Origin: Macrostomum lignano
Taxonomy: Eukaryota
NCBI GenBank assembly: GCA_002269645.1
Contig: NIVC01002662.1
Location: 1 to 64,000 of the forward strand
Length of the DNA stretch: 64,000 nucleotides
Reading direction: 5' to 3'
The position numbers and the translations under genes were made by a program. Position 1 is the stretch's first letter; every line of letters begins with the position of its first letter. Shown piece by piece: positions 25,597 through 43,152 of this stretch. Under the pieces are notes generated by a model. It was not told the origin of the DNA. It ran no database searches and saw only the letters and a list, made by a program, of their open reading frames with translations.

Positions 25597-25924
25597 TCTA
25601 AGAAAGTGCGGGTAATTCTAAGCCTATAAGGTAATTTATAAGCTTCTGAGAATGAAGCTACAGCAAGCTCAGGCGTTTTGTGAAACTGGTGAAACTGGCG
25701 AGTGTATCAAGCATTTTTATTAAATGCTGCCAGAGACTAACCGAAATCAACCGATTTTTTGACCGATTTTGTTTATGGCGAATGTTTAGGAAACCCGCTT
25801 CGGTAAAACGAATTTAAATCGTTTAAGCGGGCCACATGCGTCCTTGAAGCCTCTCTCCATCCGGGCTTTCGGGACCTTTGAAACTTCACCATAGCAATAC
25901 GGCCCGCTCAAGGCTTTTGTCTCT

Positions 25925-27360
25925 TCTCAGCGCTTTCTCTTCTCTCTTCTCTCTTCTCTCTTCTCTCTTCTCTCTCCTCTCTTCTCTCTCTTCTTCTCTC
26001 TTCTCTCCCCTGTCCCCCTCTCCTCTTCCCTTCTCTTCTTCTCTCTTCTCTCTTCTCTCTCTTCTCTCTCCTCTCTTCTTCTCTCTTCTCTCTCCTCTCT
26101 CAATTCTCTCCCCTCTCTTCTCTCTCTTCTCTCTCTTCTCTCCCCTCTATTCTTCTCTCTCCTCTCTCCTCTCTCAATTCTCTCCCCTCTCTTCTCTCTC
26201 TTCTCTCTCTTCTCTCTCCTCTCTTCTTCTCTCTTCTCTCTCCTCTCTCAATTCTCTCCCCTCTCTTCTCTCTCTTCTCTCTCCTCTCTTCTTCTCTCTT
26301 CTCTCTCTTCTCTCCCCTCTCTTCTCTCTCAATTCTCTCCCCTCTCTTCTTCTCTCTTCTCTCCCCTGTCCCCCTCTCCTCTTCCCCTCTCTTCTTCTCT
26401 CTTCTCTCTTCTCTCTCAATTCTTTCCCCTCTATTCTTCTCTCTCCTCTCTTCTTCTCTCTTCTCTCTCTTCTCTCCCCTCTCTTCTCTCTCAATTCTCT
26501 CCCCTCTCTTCTTCTCTCTTCTCTCTCTTCTCTCCCCTCTCTTCTCTCTCAATTCTCTCCCCTCTCTTCTTCTCTCTTCTCTCCCCTGTCCCCCTCTCCT
26601 CTTCCCCTCTCTTCTTCTCTCTTCTCTCTTCTCTCTCAATTCTTTCCCCTCTATTCTTCTCTCTCCTCTCTTCTTCTCTCTTCTCTCTCTTCTCTCCCCT
26701 CTCTTCTCTCTCAATTCTCTCCCCTCTCTTCTTCTCTCTTCTCTCCCCTGTCCCCCTCTCCTCTTCCCCTCTCTTCTTCTCTCTTCTCTCTTCTCTCTCA
26801 ATTCTTTCCCCTCTATTCTTCTCTCTCCTCTCTTCTTCTCTCTTCTCTCTCTTCTCTCCCCTCTCTTCTCTCTCAATTCTCTCCCCTCTCTTCTTCTCTC
26901 TTCTCTCCCCTGTCCCCCTCTCCTCTTCCCCTCTCTTCTTCTCTCTTCTCTCTTCTCTCTCAATTCTCTCCCCTCTCTTCTTCTCTCTTCTCTCCCCTCT
27001 TCCCCTCTCCTCTCCTCTTCCCCTCTCTTCTCTCTCAATTCTCTCCCCTCTCTTCTTCTCTCTTCTCTCCCCTGTCCCCCTCTCCTCTTCCCCTCTCTTC
27101 TTCTCTCTTCTCTCCCCTGTCCCCCTCTCCTCTTCCCCTCTCTTCTTCTCTCTTCTCTCTTCTCTCTCAGTTCTCTCCCCTCTCTTCTTCTCTCTTCTCT
27201 CCCCTCTTCCCCTCTCCTCTCCTCTTCCCCTCTCTTCTCTCTCAATTCTCTCCCCTCTATTCTTGTCTCTCCTCTCTTCTCTCTCTTCTCTCTCTTCTTC
27301 CCTTCTCTTTTTTCTCATCCCATCTATCGTCTCTACTCTCTTCTCTCATCTCTCATCTTT
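25925..27360. repeat. Polypyrimidine (CT-rich) tract with higher-order repeated blocks
   Basis: Recurring cccctgtccccctctcctcttcccc and ctcaattct landmarks. Confidence 0.95.
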
Positions 27361-28204
27361 AATTCCCTCTCCTTTCCAGGCTCATCTGGCCCGCAGACAT
27401 GAGCTGAATTCTCTATCTGGTCCTTGAGGTAAAAAAGTTTTCTGACCCCTGGTTTAGGTATATTGTGAACCATTTAGATAGTAAAATATTAAATTGAAAC
27501 ATTCCTTTTTAGCATGTTAAATAGCTCCAATGAAAACAGCTGTACTCAAGAAGCCCTTTTATAACTGTTTAACTTTTGTACTTTAGTCAAGTACAATATA
27601 ACTGTAACGGACTGACTATAGTTCATCCATGCTCATACATTGCACAAATATGTTAATCCTTCAGTGTCTGTACGCTTTCGCGTCAATTTGTTAAACCGCG
27701 TTGATCAGTACGCTACGTTCGATTTTCGGAAGTCGGATTTTTTATTACCGCGAATTTGTCTATGGCCAGACTCTAAGAAAGTAGAGCTTTGTACTAATGC
27801 AGAGTTGTTTATATTTAGTCTTGTCCATCGCGTGTGTTGTTGTTTTAAATCCTAAACATCTACCTTGAACATAATTTGCGTTATATTCTTTTCACAAGGA
27901 ATAATTAGTACCTCTACATTTTCACAATCAGATTGTGGTTTTGTGCTGACAAAAAACTTGTTTATTAATTAGCTAAGCGTGTGTTAGGAGCAAACGACTT
28001 TTTTATTATAAAGTGCACAGTCAGAGTGTATAAGTTTGTACTGTTAGCTCATATACATGTATGCGTCTCCTAATAACTTATTGATGATAATAAAAAAGCT
28101 AATATATTACAATAAATCATGTATATGAGTGCGACCAATGTGTTCGACTAAATTAAGTCTTTTAAAGGCCAGCGTTGGTTTTGCACTTTTGAGTTGATGC
28201 CTGA

Positions 28205-29395
28205 CTGTGACAGATGTTAGTGAACAGATGACAGACTGTGTCAGATACTGTAGTGAACAGATGACAGACTGTGTCAGATACTGTAGTGAACAGATGACAG
28301 ACTGTGTCAGATACTGTAGTGAACAGATGACAGACTGTGTCAGATACTGTAGTGAACAGATGACAGACTGCGTCAGATACTGTAGTGAACAGATGACAGA
28401 CTGCGTCAGATACTGTAGTGAACAGATGACAGACTGCGTCAGATACTGTAGTGAACAGATGACAGACTGTGTCAGATACTGTAGTGAACAGATGACAGAG
28501 ACTGTGACAGATACTGTAGTGAACAGATGACAGAGACTGTGACAGATACTGTAGTGAACAGATGACAGAGACTGTGACAGATACTGTAGTGAACAGATGA
28601 CAGACTGTGTCAGATACTGTAGTGAACAGATGACAGAGACTGTGACAGATACTGTAGTGAACAGATGACAGAGACTGTGACAGATACTGTAGTGAACAGA
28701 TGACAGAGACTGTGTCAGATACTGTAGTGAACAGATGGCAGACTGTGTCAGATACTGTAGTGAACAGATGGCAGACTGTGTCAGATACTGTAGTGAACTG
28801 ATGCCAGACTGTGTCAGATGTTTCTGAACTGATGCCAGACTGTGTCAGATGTTTCTGAACTGATGCCAGACTGTGTCAGATGTTTCTGAACTGATGCCAG
28901 ACTGTGTCAGATGTTTCTGAACTGATGCCAGACTGTGTCAGAGGCTGTAGTGAACAGATGACAGACTGTGTCAGATACTGTAGTGAACAGATGGCAGACT
29001 GTGTCAGATACTGTAGTGAACTGATGCCAGACTGTGACAGATACTGAATGAACAGATGCCAGACTGTGTCAGAGGCTGTAGTGAACAGATGACAGACTGT
29101 GTCAGATACTGTAGTGAACAGATGGCAGACTGTGTCAGATACTGTAGTGAACTGATGCCAGACTGTGTCAGATGTTTCTGAACAGATGCCAGACTGTGTC
29201 AGAGGCTGTAGTGAACAGATGACAGACTGTGTCAGATACTGTAGTGAACAGATGGCAGACTGTGTCAGATACTGTAGTGAACTGATGCCAGACTGTGTCA
29301 GATGTTTCTGAACTGATGCCAGACTGTGTCAGAGGCTGTAGTGAACAGATGACAGACTGTGTCAGATACTGTAGTGAACAGATGACGGACTGTGA
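28205..29395. repeat. 33-bp minisatellite (gtgaacagatgacagactgtgtcagatactgta)
   Basis: Tandem units; variants cluster toward the 3' end. Confidence 0.96.
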
Positions 29396-29904
29396 AAGGC
29401 AGTGAACGGATAAACCTGATTCAGTGACTAAAATGCATTAAAGTAGTCATGCATTTCTGGTTATTTGCAAATTTTATCAATACAAGCGCACTATTACGTA
29501 AAATCGAAGAGAAAGCTTCATATAATTCCCATCCTCTAAGTGCGTGACTCATTTTTACTCGGTTACAAAACACACAGGACGACTCCGTCTGCAGTTCCTA
29601 TAATTTGTTTGAACCTTTATCTCGCCCCTCCCTCCGACCGATCGCTACTATAGGGTCGAGAAACTCGATCCGCGCATTGTCCCGATTAAATGGCGATTCT
29701 CTAGTCTAATGATGAAGCTATATAGACACTATACAAATAGCACTAAATGGAGTTGCATAGCCACTGATAGCATCGCGCTATATCGGTAAGAGTTCATCGT
29801 TTGCACTTTTGTTCACTATCTATTCTCCTTTGAACCGCGTGGACAACTACAGTAGAAAGACGTTGAACGATCGACTTTCTTGGAAATGCATTTAGTAATA
29901 TTCA

Positions 29905-30201
29905 ATAGTAACTTATTGCATCCGCCCAAATGGCCAAATATGCAACCGAAAGCTCAGCCGCAGCTATTGTTCGGCTGTTCAGTCCAAGGACTGGGGGGGG
30001 AGGGTCGCCACACACACCGTCAATTACCCCAGCTAATGCTGGCACCCATTTTACAGCTGGGTGAACTGAAGCAATGCCGAGTATTAGTAGTGTCTTGCTC
30101 AATGACAAAAATTGTTCCCAGTGCAGTGCTGGGTCGAGAATCGAACCCCTGGACCTTTCAGTCGCGAGTGGGGTGCTCTAACCACTTAAGGCTACAACCC
30201 C
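29905..30201 (-). mobile_element. Full-length tRNA-derived SINE with CORE-like domain
   Basis: Minus strand: A-box-like gtagccttaagtggttagagc, B-box ggttcgattctc, then ttgagcaagacact...gcattgcttcagttcacccagctgtaaaatggg; homologous to the copies at 51.7, 52.0 and 59.7 kb. Confidence 0.85.
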
Positions 30202-30559
30202 CTAAAATCATTTTTGCATGCAGGCAGTAGCTCCCCATGCAGTGCATCAACGCGAAGTTGAAAAAAAACTGTTGAATTGCTTTTAACTAAAAGAACATGC
30301 AGCCCAGAAAGGTTCATTCTCCGTACGGTGGACTCCCGCCTACTTGTTGCTTTCATGCATGGCGGTATTGTTCGTTTAACTTCAATGGCCAATGCAATGC
30401 GCATATTTTGTAAGTAGAAGAATTGAATATTTATGGCAAGATCTTCTTTAGGGTATTACACTACAGGCACTGAGAAGAGAATCGCAACATTCCCCAGGGA
30501 GCTCAATTCAGCGCAGCATTCCAATTAGTTCTGAGCGTCTCATTTATTCCGAGATGCAC

Positions 30560-30602
<43 letters not shown>

Positions 30603-30923
30603 TCTTCTCTCTTTTTCTTTTAGACGCGGCTCGATCCTGCATGTCTCTTTAATTACATTTCGTTTGAGAAAAATATTTCGAAAAAAGGACATTCCCAAAA
30701 ATTCGCGAATATATAATAACTAACTGATCGATAGGGGCGACATAATGCAGATACAGGTTTATTAAAAAAAACGGTTGGCCTCATTTTACGATCGTATTTT
30801 GCGTCGTCTCCATGGATACCCGGCGCTTGACTTACTTGACTTAGCTGCAGGGCTGTCCCGGAGGGGACACAGCGGGAAGGCGCGGGCGCCCATTCCGCTA
30901 GTCCCTGAACGGCCGACGCGTCG

Positions 30924-33900
30924 CTATGGACGGAGGGTTGGCGCCGCCCAGGGAGGTCCCCCAGTGTCGCCAGCAGCTATGGTGCTCTCTGGAAAGGAGA
31001 GTTCAGCCCTGCGGGTGGCCCGAAGGTAGCGCATGAGCTGATTAAAGTTTTCGGGTTTGCACGCTTCAGTAATAGATGTGTGTGGCCCGAGGTAAGTGAG
31101 TCTGGCCCGCGTGAAGGCGGGACAGATGCTGACGAAATGCTCAGCGGTTTCGTCACCTGAGTTGCAGAAACTACAGGTGGCGTTGGTGGCGTTGCCCTGC
31201 AGGTACTGGTGCCTGGAGAAGCAGCCGTGACCAGAGAGGGTCATGGTGGCAGCCCGGATGTCTCTGCGCGAGAGGCGCAAGAGGAGCTTCCGGAGCTGGT
31301 GAGAGGGCTCAGGGACAGCGCCTCTGGATTGCCTGCAGTTCGTGCGGTTCGCCCAAGTCGAGCGGTGCTGAGTCCTGATCCACGCTTTGATGCGCGAGTC
31401 GATGACACAGCCAGGATCGGGACAAGAGGTTCGGGGCCGAGAGAGGAGCCGGAGGCACCAACTTTTGCAAGGGTGTCAGCCAACTCATTTCCTCGGATCC
31501 CCACATGCCCCGGAACCCACTTAAGGGTAATTTTGTTGGCGGAACCCAACACATTGAGGAGTTTGATACAGTCAAGGACTGTAGCAGAGTTGGTGCTGCA
31601 GCCACTGATGGCGTGCAAGGCAGCTTGGCTGTCCGAATGGAAAATGATGTTCTTACCAGTAACGCCAGTGGCGAGAAGCTCTGCAGTGCAGGAGCTGATG
31701 GCCAGAACTTCATTTTGGAAAACACTGGAGTTGACCCCAGTGTATTGAGCGTGGGTAGCGATGACCCTCCCGTTCAGAAAGATTCCAACACCAAAGCCGG
31801 TGTTGGCTGACTGCTTAGAACCGTCGGTGTAGCAATGAAGCTCACCAGGGTTCCAATGGTCATTGATGTTATCGCGCGAGTCGATAGCTACGGAGTAGCG
31901 CTGTCTCAGGTTGAGCGTTGAGGCAATGCCATCGGTGAAGACGCGATTGGCCTGACACTCGTTGAGAAAGTTGAGGCACAGATCGCTATGCGGGACAAGG
32001 TTCCGCTTAGCAGGTGCTCTCATGTAAATGAATTTGACGCCGGCATCAATTAGACGCCGCGTCGTTCTAGCCGCCTCACCCCTGATGAAGAGGTCAAGAG
32101 GCGGAAGATTAAGAAAGGCCCCCATGCCAGCAAAGGGCGTGGACCTGGTGGCGTTGCAGATGAGCCTACACGCTCTGCCTTGGATCGTGTTGAGCAGGTC
32201 TGCATGGCTTTTGACCTGGGTAGCGCTAACCCAGACAACAGAGGCGTACGTAATGGCAGGTCTAACTACGGAAGTATAGATCCACCAAAGCCGCTTTGGG
32301 GATAGACCCCAAGAAGTGCCAAGTGCTCGTCGGAGCTGGGCCAGGATGGCTGAGGCACGCTTAGCTTTTGCTTTCACGTGGAAGGACCAGTTGAGCCGGT
32401 GGTCAAGTGTGACCCCGAGACATCTGGTCTGGTGCGCGAAGGCAATATCTCTGCCGTAGAGCTGCAGAGGACGTATGTTCCAGCGTAGTCTGCTGGTAAA
32501 CATAATGGCAACGGTTTTGGGCTCAGAGAGTTCCAAACCATTGTCATTGGCCCAGGATTCTGCTTTGCGGATAAAGCTCTGCATCAGATCCCTGAGCGTG
32601 CTGGGAGACGGTCCTGCCACAATGGCCGTGACGTCATCAGCATACCCGACTTTGAAGACGGGGTCAGGTCGGGAGTCACTCAGAAGAGCGTCCATGACCA
32701 GGTTCCAGAGCGTCGGGGTGAGGACTCCGCCTTGGGGTCCACCCTTACAGACTCTGGTGGAGGCAGTTTGCCCAAGAAGTTGGGCAGTGACCGTACGGTT
32801 GGAGATCATGTACATGATCCACCGTATGAGGGTAGCATGAGCTTTGCGATTTTGAAGGGCCCTCTGAAACGCTTCAAAGATAACGTTGTCGAAGGCGCCA
32901 ACAATGTCAAGAAAGAGAGCCAGGGCGTAACCGTCACCCAGTACCGCCCGTTCAATCTTTTCGACAATCGCATGCAGGGCGCTGTCAGTCGACCTCCCGG
33001 TACGGAAGGCGTGCTGATTATTGCTGAGGGGCATCGCTGTCAGCTCGCAGGAGAGCAGCCGCCAGAGAATAAGCCTCTCAGTGAGCTTAAGCATTGCTGA
33101 CGTTAAGCTAATTGGCCGGAAGGCCTTGACGCTTTGGTAGTCACCCTTCCCAGGTTTGGGAATAAAGACTACTCGAGCTTCAGTCCAGCTTTTGGGAACG
33201 TATCCCAGCTGGATAGAGGCCCGCATAAGATTGCGGGTGAGTCTCAGGAACGAGGGTATCTTGGCTGCTTCACGAAGGAGAACAGGGTAGATACCATCAG
33301 GTCCAGGAGATTTGAAGGGTTTGAAGGTTCTGACCGCACGAGCGATTAGGTCTTCAGTGACAATGCCCGCCGCTAGGGTGGCTCCATCCATCGAATGGTT
33401 GGGCTCCGGTCTAGCAGTAGGTACCCTCGGGAAGAATGTGCTAAGCATATGCTGAAGCACTTCTTCAGGGTCTTTAGTAAGAGAGCCATCATCTTTTTTT
33501 ATCATGGCTAATTTGGACATTTTGTCCATTGTAAGGGCCTTGACAAGCCTAGAAGTAGGTCTGTCTTGATCCAATTCATTGCAGAATTGGCGCCACTTAC
33601 ATTCCTTGGCCTTGCGCACTTCAGATTTGAAATTGCGGGAGGCTTGCCGGAAAAGCTCCATGTCCTCCGGGTTTCCGGTCTTCATGGCACGGCGATGAAG
33701 GCTTTTGGCCTTCCGCCTGAGTTTCCCCAGCTCCGGGTTCCACCACGGCGCCGAGGTCTTGCCTCTGTAGGCGCGAGCAGGACAAGCCGCTTCGTAGGCT
33801 GCAATAATGCAACCTGTCAGCGTCTCAGCCATATGATCCACATCCTCGCAGGTCTCAATCGGACGTAAGTCCGTGAGTTCCTGCAGGTGCAGATCAAGGG

Positions 33901-34663
33901 CAGCCTTGTAGGCCGCCCAATCAGTGTTGCGGATATTGCGTCTCCAAGTGATCGGAGACTGGGTTTTAGTGTCCGCGATATTAAAGGCGATAAAGCAGTG
34001 GTCAGACAGGGAGGGCTCCTCAGACCAGACTCTCCACTCCTTGACTCTGTCAAAGAGTCTTGGGGTAACGAGTGTGGCGTCGAGGACCTCGGTCCATCTG
34101 CCATTATTAAAGGTAGGAGTGCTGCCGCGGTTGCAGAGCATGAGGTTTGTGTTAGAGATGAGGGCCAGAAGCTCCTCTCCTCTAGTGTTGGTATCTTTGC
34201 TGCCCCAGTGCTTGTGGTGCGCGTTGAGGTCGCCCCCTAAGCACAGCTCAGCGTTCTGGGACTCGCAGTACTGCGCAAGGCGCAGTAAACTCTCGGGAGC
34301 AGGGTCTCTGTCGCCTGGGATATAAACCGAGGCAACAAGACACGTACGCGGAGAGAAATGATTAGATTGGATGACGCAAAGGTCTCCATCAGAGAGATCA
34401 GTCCTCAGCCAAGCCTGGAGATGGCTAGCAGCGAGGATAGCCGCTCTAGGGCGGCTGTTCCCCGGGCCACACACATAAAAATCAGAGTAGCCAGAGGGAA
34501 TGTTGGGCAACTTACCGTTGCGCATCCAGGGTTCCTGGATCAGGATGAGGCCTGGCCTGTACAGCTCAGCAATCTTCATCAGATTTACTGACGCAGATAC
34601 GCAATGCTGTAAATTTATTTGCAGACAGAATGTCGCTCCTTTGGCAGCGTGGAGCTTAGTCAT
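30924..34663 (-). CDS. ORF2 of outer element: AP endonuclease, RT, RNase H, C-terminal Cys/His motif; 1-nt frameshift at ~31414
   Basis: LQINLQH, GDLNAHH, SDH; [18 protein letters not shown]; YTDGS/SDSQA/WVPGH..GNELAD; CSFC..ETAEHFVSIC. Restoring one C gives PIPGCVIDSRIKAW in frame to stop 30924. Confidence 0.92.
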
Positions 34664-34686
34664 ACTGTATTAAATGCAATATCTGG

Positions 34687-36189
34687 CTAGAGCCCAGGGC
34701 CATCAAGGAGACTTGGACAACAGATCGTCCTCGTCCCAGGCCGCTGGGGCTTGACTGGGAGATGGGAGTTGGTCGACGTCCATGGCCTCCTCACCCCCAC
34801 CGGCCCCCCAGCAGAGTCCTCAGGCTCCGATGACAGGATGGAGGAAGCTTCCTCACCTGCATCTTTACCTTCAGACCCCACCAAGGTGGCCGAGGAGAGC
34901 TCGGATTCCGAAGACCCGGCCTCGTCCTCAACTCCTTCTCCGACTGGCAGGTTTGGTTCCCGGGGCTCGGCCGGAGCCGTTACCGCGGTCGCCGAACTGC
35001 TGCTAGCAGAGGGGCGAGATGCAGCTTTGGCTTTGGGATCGGCTTGCGCCTTTCCTTGGGCCTTAGACTGCGCCCCGCTCTTGCCGGAGATGCCGGGGTT
35101 GGCAGTAGCCTTCCCTTTGGCAGACTTTCCTCGGCGCAACTTGAGCTTGAGGGCACCCAGCTGGAAAGAGGATCCATTAGGGTACCGACTCGCCCAAGTG
35201 CTGGAAAGGCCGAGGACAATTGAGTTGCCCGTCTCCCCCCTGCGGACTTTGCGGTGATACACCAGTCCACTAGCAGGGAGGTCGGGGTTCAGACGCAGTA
35301 GGACCCGGCGAATAACGTCTGGTCCAGCTGCGGTGCTCTTAGCAGGGACGAAAACCACATAGGGTATCGTCTTTGGACGCTGGCCCTCGCGAAGAAAAAG
35401 AGCTCCACCAAGGTCAGCATCCAAGGAGACCGTCGGTAGCCGCTGGAGCAGCCGCCGAGCGTCCTCCTCGCTGCTAGGAGCAATAAGAACGAATGTGCTT
35501 CGCAGCACCATCCGCTCAACGCCGATGGAGATTCCCTCCTCGACAGTCAGCTCAATCAGATAGGAGTCAACAGCACTCCACACTTTTTGAAGCTGATCAG
35601 TGGTCCAGTCCTGGTCGCGACCTTGGATGATCACTCCCGGGATTTTGGCCTTGGCCTTCGCCGCAAAGGTAGCTCCCGAAGGAACCTCCTTGTTGGCAGT
35701 GGCCATTTGTTGCGCCGTGGTTTCGGCCTCAGCAGCCGCGGCAGCAGCTCCAGGGAGCGCCGCCGCTGAACTACTGGAGCTTCCACCGGCCGGCCCGCCT
35801 GGTTGCCTTGGGACTCCAGTCGCTTCAGCATCCATGGTGGACGCCGCCGCTTTGGCCCCCGCAGCTCCCTTCTTGGCCTGCCTTTTGGCGCGTTGTTTAG
35901 CGCGTTTGCGCTCAAGCCGAGCCCGCTGAGCTTCATCGGATCTGCCAGATTTGGCCGGTCCTTTAGGCTCAGAGCTCGCGGTTCCCTTAGATCCACCAGC
36001 GGAGCTGGCAGGTCTTAGGGTATTTTGAGTTTGGTAGCTCTGGTCGGATCTGCCAGCAGAGCCAGCCGGTCCTTCCTTTGCCACAGTTGAATCAGTCGGT
36101 TGGGATCTGCCAGCAGGGCCGGCCGGTCCTTCGGACTGAGGTTGGGGTTTAGAAGGGTCCCCGTCCCTAGAAATAGCTTGTTTATCCAT
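34687..36189 (-). CDS. ORF1 of outer element (DUF4780-like, no zinc knuckle)
   Basis: ATG at 36189 (MDKQAIS..); central VLLRLNPDLP..IVLGL..FQLGALKLKL region resembles LOA ORF1; possible homopolymer frameshift near 34803-34808. Confidence 0.75.
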   Translation of the reverse strand: MDKQAISRDGDPSKPQPQSEGPAGPAGRSQPTDSTVAKEGPAGSAGRSDQSYQTQNTLRPASSAGGSKGTASSEPKGPAKSGRSDEAQRARLERKRAKQRAKRQAKKGAAGAKAAASTMDAEATGVPRQPGGPAGGSSSSSAAALPGAAAAAAEAETTAQQMATANKEVPSGATFAAKAKAKIPGVIIQGRDQDWTTDQLQKVWSAVDSYLIELTVEEGISIGVERMVLRSTFVLIAPSSEEDARRLLQRLPTVSLDADLGGALFLREGQRPKTIPYVVFVPAKSTAAGPDVIRRVLLRLNPDLPASGLVYHRKVRRGETGNSIVLGLSSTWASRYPNGSSFQLGALKLKLRRGKSAKGKATANPGISGKSGAQSKAQGKAQADPKAKAASRPSASSSSATAVTAPAEPREPNLPVGEGVEDEAGSSESELSSATLVGSEGKDAGEEASSILSSEPEDSAGGPVGVRRPWTSTNSHLPVKPQRPGTRTICCPSLLDGPGL

Positions 36190-36401
36190 AGTCGGCTGGG
36201 GGGCAAACGGCAACTTAAACCGAGGGACTCTGTGACATCCGCCAGCTTTTCGTTTTTCGAGGAGGCTCTTCCCCCTCCTTTTCGTTCTGGCCTGGCGTGG
36301 AAGCGGCTAGCTTCCTCGTCTTGGTCTGCTGGTGGGGGACGGATCCCCCCTGCTGCTTTTTTGCGGGGCAGGTGGCTGCTAAGTAGTTGGCTGCTGGCTA
36401 A

Positions 36402-41485
<5,084 letters not shown>

Positions 41486-41820
41486 TCCTTGTGCTCTTTT
41501 ACCTTGGGGTTGCGATAGGGGCCTCGCGGCCTATTCGCGGCGCCTGCGCCCCCCGTCAGTAGTTATCCATAGTCGGCTCGAAGGCCATGATAAAAGGTTG
41601 GTGGGCTACCCTCAAAGGGGCGCGGTACCCACCCGGCCGCTCCACCTGACCGGGCAGTAGGCCAATAGCACCCTCAAGGCTGGCCCGACACCAGGAGGGG
41701 GACCGCTTGCGACCGGACTACTCCCCGGCCTTCCAGCCCATCGGCACGGTCAACACCTTAGGCATTAGAGAGTACGTTGAGCAGTACCACGGCCTGCAGG
41801 TTGGCGAGCCAGACCCGCAT

Positions 41821-42108
41821 ACCCAAATTCGGCCGAAGCCACTGGATAGGGTCGCCAGCGCCGGAGCCCAGTCTGTCCAGCAGCCCTAGGGACTGCCTTG
41901 AACACACGCGGGGACGAGTACCCTGGGTCGACTTGCGAGACAGCGTGGGGGGGGGGGTCTGCGGCTGCCAGAGGCAAATAGAGGGTGCAGACCTCCCACC
42001 AGCCTTGACCTGCTGAAGATAGGGGCAGGCGTGAAGCATCGCAGACCTTAGCCCATGGGCCTAGTCTGTCTCATACTTCACTGGCATGTTGAATACGCCT
42101 TCGCGTGC
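41821..42108 (-). ncRNA. Predicted HDV-like (delta-like) self-cleaving ribozyme at the 5' end of the outer retrotransposon
   Basis: P1 GCACGCG/CGCGUGU; P3 GGG/CCC; L3 UACUCGU; P1.1 AC/GU; P2 ACCCA/UGGGU; J4/2 CGAA; G1 is the first base inside the TSD. Confidence 0.8.
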
Positions 42109-42528
42109 GGATACCCGGCGCGGTTATGTATAGTTTCTTTTGAAATTATATTTTTCGCCATTATACGAATTAACTTTCACTCATGTGCGAATAATAAGTT
42201 CATACTCACGTTCCAGTCGGTTAATGATTCATATCGAGAATGAATAATAGACATCTGCAGACTGAGCAGAGATTTGATTTATTTTACTTCTATTCTACGT
42301 TAGAAGTTGGAGTGCATTAGGCACATAGCCATGCAGGCGGATCAGCGGTCAGTTATAATTATTGTATAATGTATCGGCATCTCGACTCAAGTTCGATTTT
42401 CGTTCGACTTTGTATCAGGTAATGTGTACGTCAAACCCTCTCACGACACGAATTACATGTACTAGTAGACATGTAAGTTAAATCTACCTTGGTGAAGAGA
42501 AAGTCATCAGGGCCGCTTTGCACCCAAG

Positions 42529-43152
42529 CAGGGGCGTAGCCAGGAATTTTGATTGGGGGGGGGGCGTGAGTTAGGGGGCGCCAGCGTCTTATAGGGGGGC
42601 GCCAGTTTCTTATAGGGGGGGCGCCAGTTTCTTATAGGGGGGGGGCGCCAGTTTCTTTTAGGGGAGGGGCGCCAGTTTCTTTTAGAGGGGGGGCGCCAGT
42701 TTCTTTTAGGGGGGGTGCCAGTTTCTTTTAGAGGGGGGGGGGCGCCAGTTTCTATTAGGGGGGGAGGCGCCAGTTTCTTATAGGGGGGGCGCCAGTTTCT
42801 TATAGGGGGGCGCCAGTTTCTTTTAGGGGGGGGGGCGCCAGTTTCTTTTAGGGGGGCGCCAGTTTCTTTTAGGGGGGGGGCGCCAGTTTCTTTTAGAGGG
42901 GGGCGCCAGTTTCTTTTAGGGGGTGCCAGTTTCTTTTAGAGGGGGGGCGCCAGTTTCTATTAGGGGGGGGGCGCCAGTTTCTTATAGGGGGGCGCCAGTT
43001 TCTTATAGGGGGGGCGCCAGTTTCTTATAGGGGGGGCGCCAGTTTCTTTTAGGGGGGGGCGCCAGTTTCTTTTAGGGGGGGGGCGCCAAGGCCAGAGTTG
43101 GTGATTGGGGGGGGGGCCACGGCCCCCCTTGCCCCCTCTGGCTACGCCCCTG
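42529..43152. mobile_element. hAT-like MITE with G-rich ggcgccagtttctt internal array
   Basis: Perfect 15-bp TIR caggggcgtagccag / ctggctacgcccctg; 8-bp TSD cacccaag (42521-42528, 43153-43160). Confidence 0.92.

Noticed and set aside
28205-29395. Regular 33-37-bp repeats (also 16625-17310) superficially like CRISPR arrays
   Set aside because: No unique spacers, no cas genes, eukaryotic context
1-29400. Many long ORFs with repetitive translations (EISGIET, YLSI, TDTE, SEQMTDCVRYC, RREE etc.)
   Set aside because: They are stop-free frames of tandem arrays with no unique coding flanks or splice context
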